Shown here: one piece after another, positions 27,704-38,450 of the stretch | Layout of the letters: the number at the start of each line of letters is the position of its first letter | How positions within the stretch are numbered: position 1 is the stretch's first letter | Assembly (NCBI GenBank): GCA_951406725.2 | Contig: OX597831.1 | Span: 81,964,001 to 82,028,000 of the forward strand | Origin: Octopus vulgaris | Taxonomy: Eukaryota | Length of the DNA stretch: 64,000 bases | Direction: 5' to 3' | The notes under the pieces: generated by a model | Told to the model about the DNA's origin: nothing | The model's input: only the letters and a program-made list of their open reading frames with translations | Databases searched by the model: none | Position numbers and translations under genes: made by a program

Positions 27704-27962
27704 GAGGGGGTGGTGTAAAGACAGAGAGTTTAGAAGATTCTTACCGAGAAATTCTAGACTTCGATGCAAAGCAATAAAAGTGACGTCATAGAAGGATGAG
27801 ATGTGAAGAGCAGCATTGGTGCGGTTTGATCTCACGACCCATGGGACACTCTCTTCTTCCTTGTTCATATCCTGTTTGCTCAATTAATATGACAGTGCGA
27901 TTTAACATGCAATACAATTAAAAAGTAATCAGTAGTTAGATTAAGAATGCTGCACACCGTCA

Positions 27963-28035
27963 GCCGAAATAGCTCAGGTGGGAGAGCGTTAGACTGAAGA
28001 TCTAAAGGTCCCTGGTTCGATCCCGGGTTTCGGCA
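27963..28035 (+). tRNA. tRNA-Phe (GAA)
   Basis: Canonical except U16G in the D-loop. Confidence 0.96.
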
Positions 28036-28551
28036 TTTAACGTTTGGTATGTTTTCTTTTAATCCTCCTCTTCTTAAACAAGCTATTTTTATGCATGTCA
28101 ATAAGGTTCAAATGTTATGTAAGGACAAAATGCTTTGTGGCATTTGTTGTGGATCGTTACGTTCTGAGTTCAAATGCTGTCGAAGACGTCTTTACCATTC
28201 ATCGTTTCGGTGTCGCTAGTCGAACCCTGGGGTTAATGTAATCCACTATCCCATCTTTGGGCCGTTTTAACTTCATTATAGCCCGACCCCCGGGCAAATT
28301 AATGCACGTGGCCCTATGATAGTTATTTACTGACAGCAGCCCACCGCATTTCGATCATTATTGTTAAAAGACGGTTAGAATAGCCTTAAATTTCCAAGAT
28401 GGTTCTGCAAATGGTTACGAAATGAACTTATTAGTTACCTGGTCACTACTGTGTCCATTAAACATACAAATACATATGTATGTCCGCGCGTTTACAGTCT
28501 CAAGATCTATTCAAATATCAAAATATCTTTAAAAAAAAAATCGCGTTAGAT

Positions 28552-28558
28552 CGTCCCT

Positions 28559-28619
<61 letters not shown>

Positions 28620-28625
28620 AGAGAC
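28552..28625 (-). tRNA. tRNA-Asn (GTT)
   Basis: Identical to 27000-27073; T10 run downstream. Confidence 0.98.
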
Positions 28626-29060
28626 AACTGAGGCTAAAGCTTTGTCATTAATTCTTAAATCAATGGAAAAGTTGGTGCATTAAACTTGATTGACGACCAC
28701 AGAACAAGGAACTGATTTGTTTATGACTGTTAGGATAGGGCGGTGGTGGTGGTGGTGGTGGTGGTGGTGGTGGTGGTGGTGGTGGTGGTGGTGGTTGTGG
28801 TGGTGGCGGCGGCGGCGGTGGTGGTGGTGGTGGTGGTGGTGGTGGTGGTGGTGGTGACGGTGGCGGCTTCAGGTTGAGCCTCAAAAATCAATTCTCAACA
28901 AAATTCTGACGAGAAAACCTTCCCCATTTGACGGGTTTTGAGGGTCAGATGTGGCTGCGGGATGAACGTGTTCGTTTTGTGTCCACGTGGTTCTGTGTTC
29001 GAACACACCGGGAGTCACAGTGGCCGGAATTGGGCGGATGGAAATCGTACGGAAGTTTAC

Positions 29061-29094
<34 letters not shown>

Positions 29095-29512
29095 AAGAGA
29101 GAGAAAGACAGAATGGCTGCAATGATTTACGTATTCATTGTTTAATTAATAAATTAAAATAATCCTTGCATAAGTTAAAAGGGGATTCAAAAGCTATTTT
29201 GTTCGAGCTAACTTCTCCGCAAGGCTATTCCTGCCGTGACTATCCTGTCGATTTAACGCTAAATACAACTACATAATCTACGAGACATTTCTTTTATTTC
29301 AGAAGGTTAAAGAGAAGTCTGGCTACTGTTTCTAACAGCTAGACCAACCACGTGGAGAAAGAGAGAGAGGGAGAGGGAGAAAGAGAGAGAGAGAGAGAGA
29401 AAGAAAGAGAGACAGACAGACAGACAGACAAACTAACAATTCAACAAAGTTTCCGCTGTGATTTGTGATTAATAGTAATCAGTATATCTGAATTTGGGTA
29501 ATGTTTCGACTG

Positions 29513-29585
29513 GCCGAAATAGCTCAGTTGGGAGAGCGTTAGACTGAAGATCTAAAGGTCCCTGGTTCGATCCCGGGTTTCGGCA
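29513..29585 (+). tRNA. tRNA-Phe (GAA)
   Basis: Identical to 24431-24503. Confidence 0.97.
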
Positions 29586-29850
29586 GTGAGTTCACTCGTT
29601 ATTGATTTCTTTGTAAAGAAATCATAATTGTGTTCATAAGTGTTTTGAATCTTATTCTTTTTACTGGACATTGTAAATGTATGCGGACTTGTCTAAGTTT
29701 AACTTTTACTCTTTGATAGATTATCAATATTTTGACTGGACCGTAGTATTTTGTCTTAAACTTACCGCTGCCCACACCTAACTGACATCCAAATTATTCC
29801 ACACCTTAAATGCTTTCTACTATTTGTATGTCTTCGTCACGAGAGCCGCT

Positions 29851-29889
29851 GTGCTGATGACGGCTATTCAGTCGGAAACTGGTGTCTAG
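29851..29889 (+). ncRNA. Minimal type I hammerhead ribozyme motif
   Basis: CTGATGA-CGGCT-ATTC-AGTCG-GAAAC-TGGT-GTC; 5-bp stem II, GUC site, weak stem I. Confidence 0.55.
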
Positions 29890-30685
29890 AATTGTCCTCT
29901 TGTCAACGGAAGAAAAGGACAGCCTTTTCTTTCATGTCTCAATTCCAGGGAATTCTTGTTCCTTGAGATTATCTTCTCTTCTCATTATTCAGATTCTGTC
30001 GTTTTCATCACCCAACGTTTCTCCGTTTCCTCTTCAACTTGAAACCATGTCGTGCGTTTTCTTGTCTGCTGCACGGTTCCTTGGTCAGCCACGTTGCAAT
30101 CCACGCGTTGCCACACGTAAGAACTTTAAATATCACTCAAAATCACATTTCATTCAATCGATATTATCGAACTCTCCACAAATCTAGAGCAACCGAATTG
30201 CATTTAATGATGAATGTTTGGTTAGATTTTTTCTCTCTCTCTCTTTTTTTTTTTTAGTCATTAAATATCAAATTAGTTACTTACTGTATAAAGATACAGA
30301 TCGTGTATCGTACAGCCGGCTAGAGACGATGTCTCCTGGGGCTAAACAACAGTAGTATTCGTCCCAAACGGGACTGCCACATTAGGTTGACAAATAATCT
30401 TTACTTACCATCGATTAGTCAGTTAGTGGTGAGATATATTTTGTATCACTGTGATAGTAACTTAAAAGATTTACTAGATTCGATTCCTGTTCAGTAATCT
30501 TTCCGACTTAATCACGGGGAAAACTTTCTGTATCCCCCGCTTCACAGAGAACAATGTCTGACCTACACACATCCTCGGCTACTGTTTTTGATGGTTTATA
30601 ATCCTAACGGAAAATTACCCTCAAGTTTTTTTTAGTAATGCGGCCCGCCTCACGATGACCCGTGTCTTCCACGGCCAGTTTACAC

Positions 30686-30884
30686 TTTTACTTGCCTCAG
30701 TCATTTGACTGCGGCCATGCTGGAGCATCGCCTTTCAATCGAGCAAATCGACTCCGGGACTTATTCTTTGTAAGCCTAGTACTTATTCTATCGGCCTCTT
30801 TTGCCGAACCGCTAAGTGACAGAGACATAAACACACCAGCATCGGTTGTCAAGCAATGCTAGGGGGACAAACACAGACACACAA

Positions 30885-30937
<53 letters not shown>

Positions 30938-31095
30938 CGACAGGCTTCTTTCAGTGTCCGTCTACCAAATCCACTCACAAGGCTTTGGTCGGCCCGAGGC
31001 TATAGTAGAAGACACTTGCCCAAGGTGCCACGCAGTGGGACTGAACCCGGAACCATGTGATTGGTAAGCAAGCTATTTATCACATAGCTACTCCT
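30686..31095 (-). mobile_element. SINE family A, full length
   Basis: tRNA-like head, central (TA)n(TG)n tract, conserved 3' half. Confidence 0.9.
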
Positions 31096-31325
31096 TGAAA
31101 AAAGGTTATCCATACCCAGACTAAAATAAGATTTTATAATCAATTAACCATCAAATATGTTTAATGCGGTCCTTTTGATGTAAACTGTTTATCCGATAAT
31201 TTCACTCCCACCCCTCGGTCTCTCGTTTACTCACATCTTTGAAACAAATCTGTTCCGAAAGTAACTTCACTGGTTTGCCATAGCCACAGCAAAACCTTGA
31301 CCAACACCCAACAATATGTGTCGTA

Positions 31326-33570
31326 TGAAGTTTGCTTCCCAGCCACAGAGTTTCGGGTTCAGCCCCACTGCGTGACACCTTGGACAAGTGTCTTCTACTA
31401 CAGCCTCAGGCCGAACAAAACGGGAATTAAAAGAAGCCCGTTGTATGTATGTATGTATGTGTGTTTGGTAAGATATGGACCAGTGAATCTGTACCTGAGG
31501 ACTGGAGAGATACAGTAATGGTGGTCCTGTATAAGGGAAAGGGCAACAGGAATGATTGTGGTAATTATAGGGGAGTATCATTGCTGTCTGCTGTAGGAAA
31601 GGTTTTATGCAGGATACTTCTGGATCGTCTGCTGAAATACGCTGCAGATTGTGTTCTTCCAGAAAGTCAATCTGGCTTTCGTGTGGGACGTGGCACTGCT
31701 GATATGATCTTTTCAGCTATACAGCCTCAGGAAAAGTGTGTGGAACAGGGTCTGGATTTGTACCAGGCTTTTGTCGATCTGACAAAAGCCTTTGATACCG
31801 TCAATAGAAAAGCATTGTGGAAAGTCCTCCAGAAACTTGGGTGTCCTGAAAAGTTCCTTGCTTTGATTAGGTCTTTTCATGAAGACATGAATGGTAGGGT
31901 GAATGTTAGAGGGAAAATGTCGGAACCCATTGCAATACAAAATGGAGTGAAACAGGGGGATATTCTGGCACCGACCCTATTTTCCATATATTTCGCGATG
32001 GTGTTCCGTATTGCATTCAGAAACTGCAGATACGGTGTTTACATCCATTATCGAACCTCTGGCAGCATATTTAATATTAGGCGCTTTGCTGCAAAAACAA
32101 AGGTATTTACTTCTATCATAAGATACCTTTTGCATACAGATGATTGTGATCTAGTAGCACACACAGAGATTGATATGCAACACATTTTGAATGCATTCTC
32201 TGATGCTTGCACTGCCTTAGGATTGACAGTCAATCTCAAGAAAACTGTTGTCATGCATCAACCTGCATGTATAGTGTACCAAATATCTATGTGAATGGTA
32301 AACGACTTGATGTAGTTGATCAGTTTGTCTACCTGGGAAGCACTAATAATAGATATAGCGATTTGGATGATGAAATTCCATATAGAATTAGGAAAGCAAG
32401 TGTTGCTTTCGGAAGGCTAGAAAAGCGCCTCTGGAGTCGGCGAGACATATAAAGAAAGACAAAGATAAAGATGTACAAGGCATGTGTGTTCCTTTCTCTT
32501 CTCTCTGCCTGCGAGACGTGGGTCACATATCGATACCACCTTAAACAACTGGAACGTTTCCATCAGATGTGTCTCAGACGGATCTATGGCATTAAGTGGA
32601 AGGACCTCATCAGTGATCTTGAAATATTGGAAGGCTCTCGGTGTGAAAGTATAGAAGCTCTTGTGTTAAAGCAAAGGCTCAGATGGAGTGGTCATCTGGT
32701 CTGGATGAAGGATTCAAGGATGCCAAAACAACTCTTTTATGGAGAGTTAGCTAAAGGAGAACGACTTCCACATAAACCAAAAAAGAGGTATAAGGGCTTG
32801 CTGAAGGCTTCCTTAAGAGATGCTTGCATCTCTCCTGACATATGGGAAGGCATAGCTATTGATCGTAGCAGGTAGAGAAGGATTGTGCACGAGGGGACAG
32901 CCACTTTTGAGAAATCTCGAGTTGTACATGAGAAAGTAAGGAGGGATGTCAGGAAGGGCATCGCTGTTACACTTCCAGATGGGAAGGGTCTTCTTATGAT
33001 GTTGACATGCAATGTCTGTGCAAGACCCTGCCTCAGTAAAGCTGGACTCAAGAGTCATCTTCGTAGTCATAAAGCGAGACAGATGAGTGACACCTGGCCA
33101 CTGGTGTTGGTGTTAGACACCATACTAATCATATCTGTCGGGCATGTGGAAGAGAGTGTGATTTGGCAGGACTTAAACGACATGCAAAGGTACATGAAGT
33201 CCAGTTACAACTACAGCCGGCTATTACCGGTAAAGGTTTTAGTTGCCAATTCTGTACAAGACATTGTAGATCTTTAGCTGGGCTAAAAAGTCACATTCGA
33301 TCACAGCACCAGTAACAGTTAAGCGTCGTGCAATGGCCATACTCGATAACGAGGGGGCAGCCATAATATGTATGTATGTAGGTAGGTAGGTGCGTCTGTG
33401 TCTGTGATTGTCCCCCTCTATCGCTTGACAACCGATGCTGGTGTTTACGTCCCCATAACTTAGCGGTTCGGCAAAAGAAACCAATAGAATAAGTGCCAGA
33501 CTTTAAAAAAATAATGGAGTTGATTCGTTCGACTAGAATTCTTCGAGGCGATGCTCCAGTTTGGCCAAGA
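31326..33570 (+). mobile_element. SINE family A split by an RTE LINE
   Basis: Head at 31326-31445 and 3' half at 33385-33570 flank the LINE, with (GTAT)n on both sides. Confidence 0.8.
31468..33366 (+). mobile_element. 5'-truncated RTE/BovB-like LINE (RT pseudogene)
   Basis: NYRGVSLLSAVGK, AFVDLTKAFDTVNR, GVKQGDILAPTLF, LLHTDD, FVYLGS, LRWSGHL and a C-terminal C2H2 finger (CNVC...HLRSH); frameshifts and stops. Confidence 0.93.
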
Positions 33571-33961
33571 CAGAAATATGCTATCACTATACGAATGGAA
33601 AATCCTGGAGGAGAATGTTTCAAGCTTGGAGAGAATTTTAATGCACGGACAGGTGGATACGGTCAGCTTCCAAAGACATCACCTTTGAAACCAAGAGCAA
33701 AAACACTCTAATATTCTTCAACTTTTTTAACTGCCAGGAAACAAATTAGAGCGGTTTGCCAGAATGACTGCAGTTCTACATTCGAAGCCATTTACATGCA
33801 CCCACACATAGACGCCCTATTAACAGAAACAAGATGTAAAATTCACAAAACGAAACTGAAATAGTGTTCCATAACCCTTCAGTGTAATACTTTTCCAACT
33901 TTAAGGTATTTATAATTTGTCCCGTTATTGATAAAGATAATCGAACACAAAAAATAGTCCA

Positions 33962-33968
33962 CGTCCCT

Positions 33969-34029
<61 letters not shown>

Positions 34030-34035
34030 AGAGAC
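33962..34035 (-). tRNA. tRNA-Asn (GTT)
   Basis: Identical to the other two Asn genes; T-run downstream. Confidence 0.98.
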
Positions 34036-35026
34036 ACGAATGTCATGCGCTTAAATTTACTATGTTGTATGTGTTTCTGGTTTGTTGAATGATTGAAGGG
34101 AAATAACTGTCGGCTGAGTTTCGCCTCCAATTACACCAGCCACGTGCGGAAGGTCGCCGCCACAACAGAGAAATCAACTGTAAATGGATTTATACAAGTA
34201 ATAGAAAACGAGCGACAGTATCGGTACTTATATCGCCCGAGGTGAACACATTTTAATTAGGATCGTTTTAATTCTCGCTGTTAATTAGGTTAGCTTGTTG
34301 TTTAAACAATTGCACACGTGACGTAGAAGTAATTACAGAGGTTATTAAAGATATAGCAGCCAAACCTCCCTCTATTCGCACATCACAATCTAAAAAAAAA
34401 GGACTGACACATATTTGATTATGTAGTCTAAATTCTCTTCTATAGACGGGATGGTCACGGCCAGAATGCCTTTGATACAAGGCCTTATCAATCAGTGAAT
34501 TGGGAGCGGAACAGCCACGGTTTCTTTCACTGGCAGATTAAGTGAGTTTTAAGTGTCAAAAGGAGGGGTTTCGATGTTGATGCTTTTCTTTAAAGACAAT
34601 GCAATATGATTTGAGGAAGATTTGGCTGCTGTTTCTAGCATGTAAGTGCCAACCGGGAATCGAACCAGGATCTTGAACTTCGCAAGTTGTGAAGTTAATG
34701 TCACAGTATAAAAAATAGGGATCTAGTCTTTATTCTACTATAGGTAGAAGGGCTGTGTTACACTTTATTATTAGCAAAGAATGTATTGTAATATTTTGTG
34801 ACAACCAGGACTTAACACAACAAAGCTTTTACATTTTACTTTTGACAATCTTTTTCTACAAAACGTGAAACCGGTCAAGTGAATAAACATCTCTTAAAAT
34901 TGCATTTTCAAACCTTCTTTCATATATATTTCCACCCGTGCGGCACCTTACAACTTCACTTTGTTATATCACAAGCAGAGTAACAAGTTAGGAAATCTCT
35001 GTAAGGCATGAAAGGAGCAACTATAC

Positions 35027-35520
35027 TGAGAAATAATGTTTATTGCTGCATCAATATGGCTGTTTGACATTCCTACCGTTTTTAACCCCAAGAAGAGCCT
35101 CCTCCAGCTGGTAACCAGTGCCATCTGCAGCCATTTAAAAATGGTTGGAATAGTGCAATGGACATTACTCGTCCAGTATAGTTGCTGCGTTCAGGTCATA
35201 CAAAATTAGCTATTTTGCTTGTTGCAAGATCAGTGATTGATTTGTCACTTGGCTTTCTATCTATATTGCCAGCTGGAGCAATTTGCTGCTGTCTCTAGCA
35301 TCCAGCTGATCACCAATGAGAAAGGGCGCAAATAGCCAGAGACCTTTCGGTCTGGTAATCCCGATGTCTGCCAGAAGGTGGTAGGGATTTACTTCCCTAC
35401 TAGCAATGTATTCCAGGTGCAGATTGCATCGATAGCCAGCTGGAGGAGGCTCTTCCAGGGGTTAAAAACGGCTGTAATGTCAAATGGCCATATTGATGTG
35501 GCAATAAGCATTATTTCTGA
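35027..35520. mobile_element. MITE-like element with ~100-bp imperfect TIRs
   Basis: 35029-35129 is the inverse of 35417-35518; TA-rich flanks. Confidence 0.75.
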
Positions 35521-35544
35521 TATATATATATGGCCGTTTTTTTT

Positions 35545-35896
35545 TTCATCAACATCAAAAAAAATCAAATGGAAATTGTAGTTGTGATACCTGTGCCGGT
35601 GTCATGTAAAAAGCACCACCCGTACGTGGCCGATGCCAGCGCCACCTTGACTGGCTTCTGTGCTGGTGGCACGTAAAAAGCACCAACTGATCGTGGCTGT
35701 TGCCAACCTCGATTGGCCCCTGTGCCGGTGGCACGTAAAAAGCACCCACTACACTCAGAGTGGTTGGCATTAGGAACGGCATCCAGCTGTAGAAACATTG
35801 CCAGATCAGACTGGAGTCTGGTGCAGCCTCCCAGACCCCGGTCGAACCGTCCAACCCATACTAGCATGGAAAACGGACGTTAGATAATGATGATGA
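35545..35896 (+). mobile_element. Solo 3' UTR of the RTE-like LINE seen at 53112-54988
   Basis: Collinear with 54635-54988; GGCACGTAAAAAGCACC subrepeats; (GAT)n tail. Confidence 0.88.
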
Positions 35897-36162
35897 TATA
35901 TACAGCATAGCCAACACTGCGAATTATGAAGATTGTAAACCCCGAGAGTACAGAAAAAGAGGGAACAGCTACATGTCCGTTCCACGTGTTGTTGTTGTAA
36001 TACACAGTGTTGACTAAAATGTCTCGAGATGCTGTAAAGGTCATTAAGAAACATTGTGAACACATCAGTCATTCGATGTCCAATCTCATTGTCAAGAAAG
36101 TGTTGTACATGCAAATCGGAAAAATATAAAAGATATTCTAAAGTACATTGTAGCAATATATA

Positions 36163-36335
36163 TATTTCTTTACTGCCCACAAGGGGCTAAACATAGAGGG
36201 GACAGACAAAGGGATTAAGTCGATTACCTCGCCCCCAGTGTGAAACTGGTACTTAATTTATTGACCCTGAAAGGATGCAAGGCAAAGTCGACCTCGGCGG
36301 AATTTGAACTCAACGTAACGGCAGACGAAATACGG
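36163..36335 (-). mobile_element. SINE family B
   Basis: Reverse-complement match to 23586-23820. Confidence 0.85.
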
Positions 36336-37322
36336 GAATGAAGAATGAGAGAGAGAGAGGTCCCCTCCCTTTCTCAGCCTTCATTCTTTCTGGTTTCCTC
36401 ACAACCATTCCCTTTTTTTTCTCTTGCTCCTCCTCCTCCCTCCCATCGTTAGCTCTGCTACTGCCTTTCTGGCCTAACTTCCTTGAAGTGTGGACAGCAT
36501 TTCTGTTGCTCCTTCGTCGGTCTCAAAAATAGCGTTCGTAACACTTTATCTCGTGCGGCTTAACAGCCCTTCTTGTCTTGTTATTTTCCTTGTCCTGTCT
36601 TTTACTGCTTATATTTTGTACTGTCGTTACTGTCCTGGTTTTGTTACCATTTTTACACCACTGCAAAAAGATCTCAAATTTTATTTGATTTGCTTTTCGC
36701 AGGAAGGAAAGTTTCTTATCGAAGATACGTGTCGCCTTCACCTTCGAAACGCAGAGTAGATGAAACCATGGCAACTGAAGAAGGGGTTTTTTCCTTGTGT
36801 TATTTGTCCTGTACTCTATTTTTTCGTTGTTTAAGAAAAATGTCCATTTCCTTAGTTTTGTGTTTATGTTTTTGTTTCTCATTGTGTTCGACGTTTTTTT
36901 GGTGTCCTGTACCCATATATGCATGTATATATACATGTAGAGGTAGGTACGTACATATATGTATGTATATATGCATATGTTTTATTTATTAATTTATTTT
37001 ATATATATATATATGTTTATATATGTGAAAGCCTGTGCTGCCATGGTGTCAGGCAGTTGCACTCACAAACCTAGCAATCGTAGCTTTATGCAAAATGTGT
37101 TCTTGAGCAAAACACTTTATTTCATGTTGCCTCAGTCCAGTCAGCTGTAAATGGGTCACTCCTGTCATGGACCAGCCTTCTGGCCTCAGGGAAGAATGGT
37201 TGCCAACTTGCCCAGCCGGTGCGGTGGAACCATTCAGAAGTAAAAATGATGCAAAAGCACAGTGTGGCGAGCAATGTAGAACAACATCGAATGGTGGTTG
37301 GTCATGTGATATATATATTTAT

Positions 37323-37356
<34 letters not shown>

Positions 37357-38006
37357 GTATATGTATATATACACACATAGGCAGCTAAATAAACAAATAG
37401 GCTACTAAATAGACGATAGGCTGTTAGTGGACCATACACTGTTATGTAAGTTGTAGGCTACCAGTGGACTATCCGATGCTTAGTAAGCTACAGGCAACTA
37501 AGATTTGGTTGCTATTTCTAGTATGTCAAGCAACTATGTAACGGTTGATATAATTGGTGTTATTCAGCCATGGAGACTTATGACTTCTTATGATCAAGCA
37601 CATTCCGGCCATGGCCATCCGTGTTTTTCCTGTATATAGAACAACATTATTCATGGTGTCATTTTTTTTGAGGCAGATTAGGCTGGTGTTTCTAGCAGGT
37701 CAAGTGATTATGTGCTAGCTCCCCAATGAGACCATACAACAATGAAACAGGAATGGTAAATGCAAGGGATTCTCAATTATTCCTGGTCTTGTGCTACGTG
37801 GAATGGTTATCTACATGAGACTTTCAATGAAAGACATTTGGTTGGCACCATCCAAAAGGGACAACAATATCACAATGTCATGGAAACAGATCTATTATTA
37901 AATGGAATTTAATTCAGCAGAGAAGTTAATCACAGTTGAATTACAATATTTTTAATCAAGTCAAAATTAAAATCTGCAAATGCAGTGAGAACAATACATT
38001 CATCTT

Positions 38007-38012
38007 TTTATT
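38007..38012 (-). promoter_or_regulatory. Candidate polyadenylation signal for Haspin
   Basis: First minus-strand AATAAA I found, ~225 nt after the stop codon. Confidence 0.45.
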
Positions 38013-38236
38013 TACAATATACAGATGTTACTAGAATTGGAATGGCACTGATGACCCCTCTCCCCCTCTCTCACCACAATCTATTTCTCTTCTTCACTTT
38101 CACTCACACACAATTTCTTTCCTTCTTCCTCTCCATATCCTCTCACAATTTGTTCATTCAATGTCATAAATAAATAAAATTTACAATTATTTAACAAAAA
38201 ACATCCTGAAATCCATTCTAAAGCCAGTTTTGGTCT

Positions 38237-38450
38237 TCACTCATCTGTTATTTGGATAAAATCACAAGAAAAAACCAAATCCACAGCAGATTTATATTCT
38301 GTAGCTTCATCTACAAATTGTCGTAAGCCTCGGAGAATCTCTCGATCTTTCCGTGTGCATTGTTCATATTTTTTACAATGCAGAAGCTTGTCTGCAAGAT
38401 AATGAATCCAAAAGACATTGTTGCGTGGACAAAAGCGATCCCACTGATTC
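38237..38450 (-). CDS. HASPIN: Haspin coding exon 12 (last)
   Basis: ttccag acceptor; NQWDRFCPRNNVFWIHYLADKLL...TDE-stop. Confidence 0.93.

Noticed and set aside
34645-34690. B-box-like GGTTCGATTCCCGG on the minus strand
   Set aside because: No cloverleaf or A box; likely SINE debris.
35806-36180. 124-aa minus-strand ORF with Cys/His residues
   Set aside because: Starts in a SINE and ends in a LINE tail; no domain or good splice sites; lies beyond the Haspin stop.
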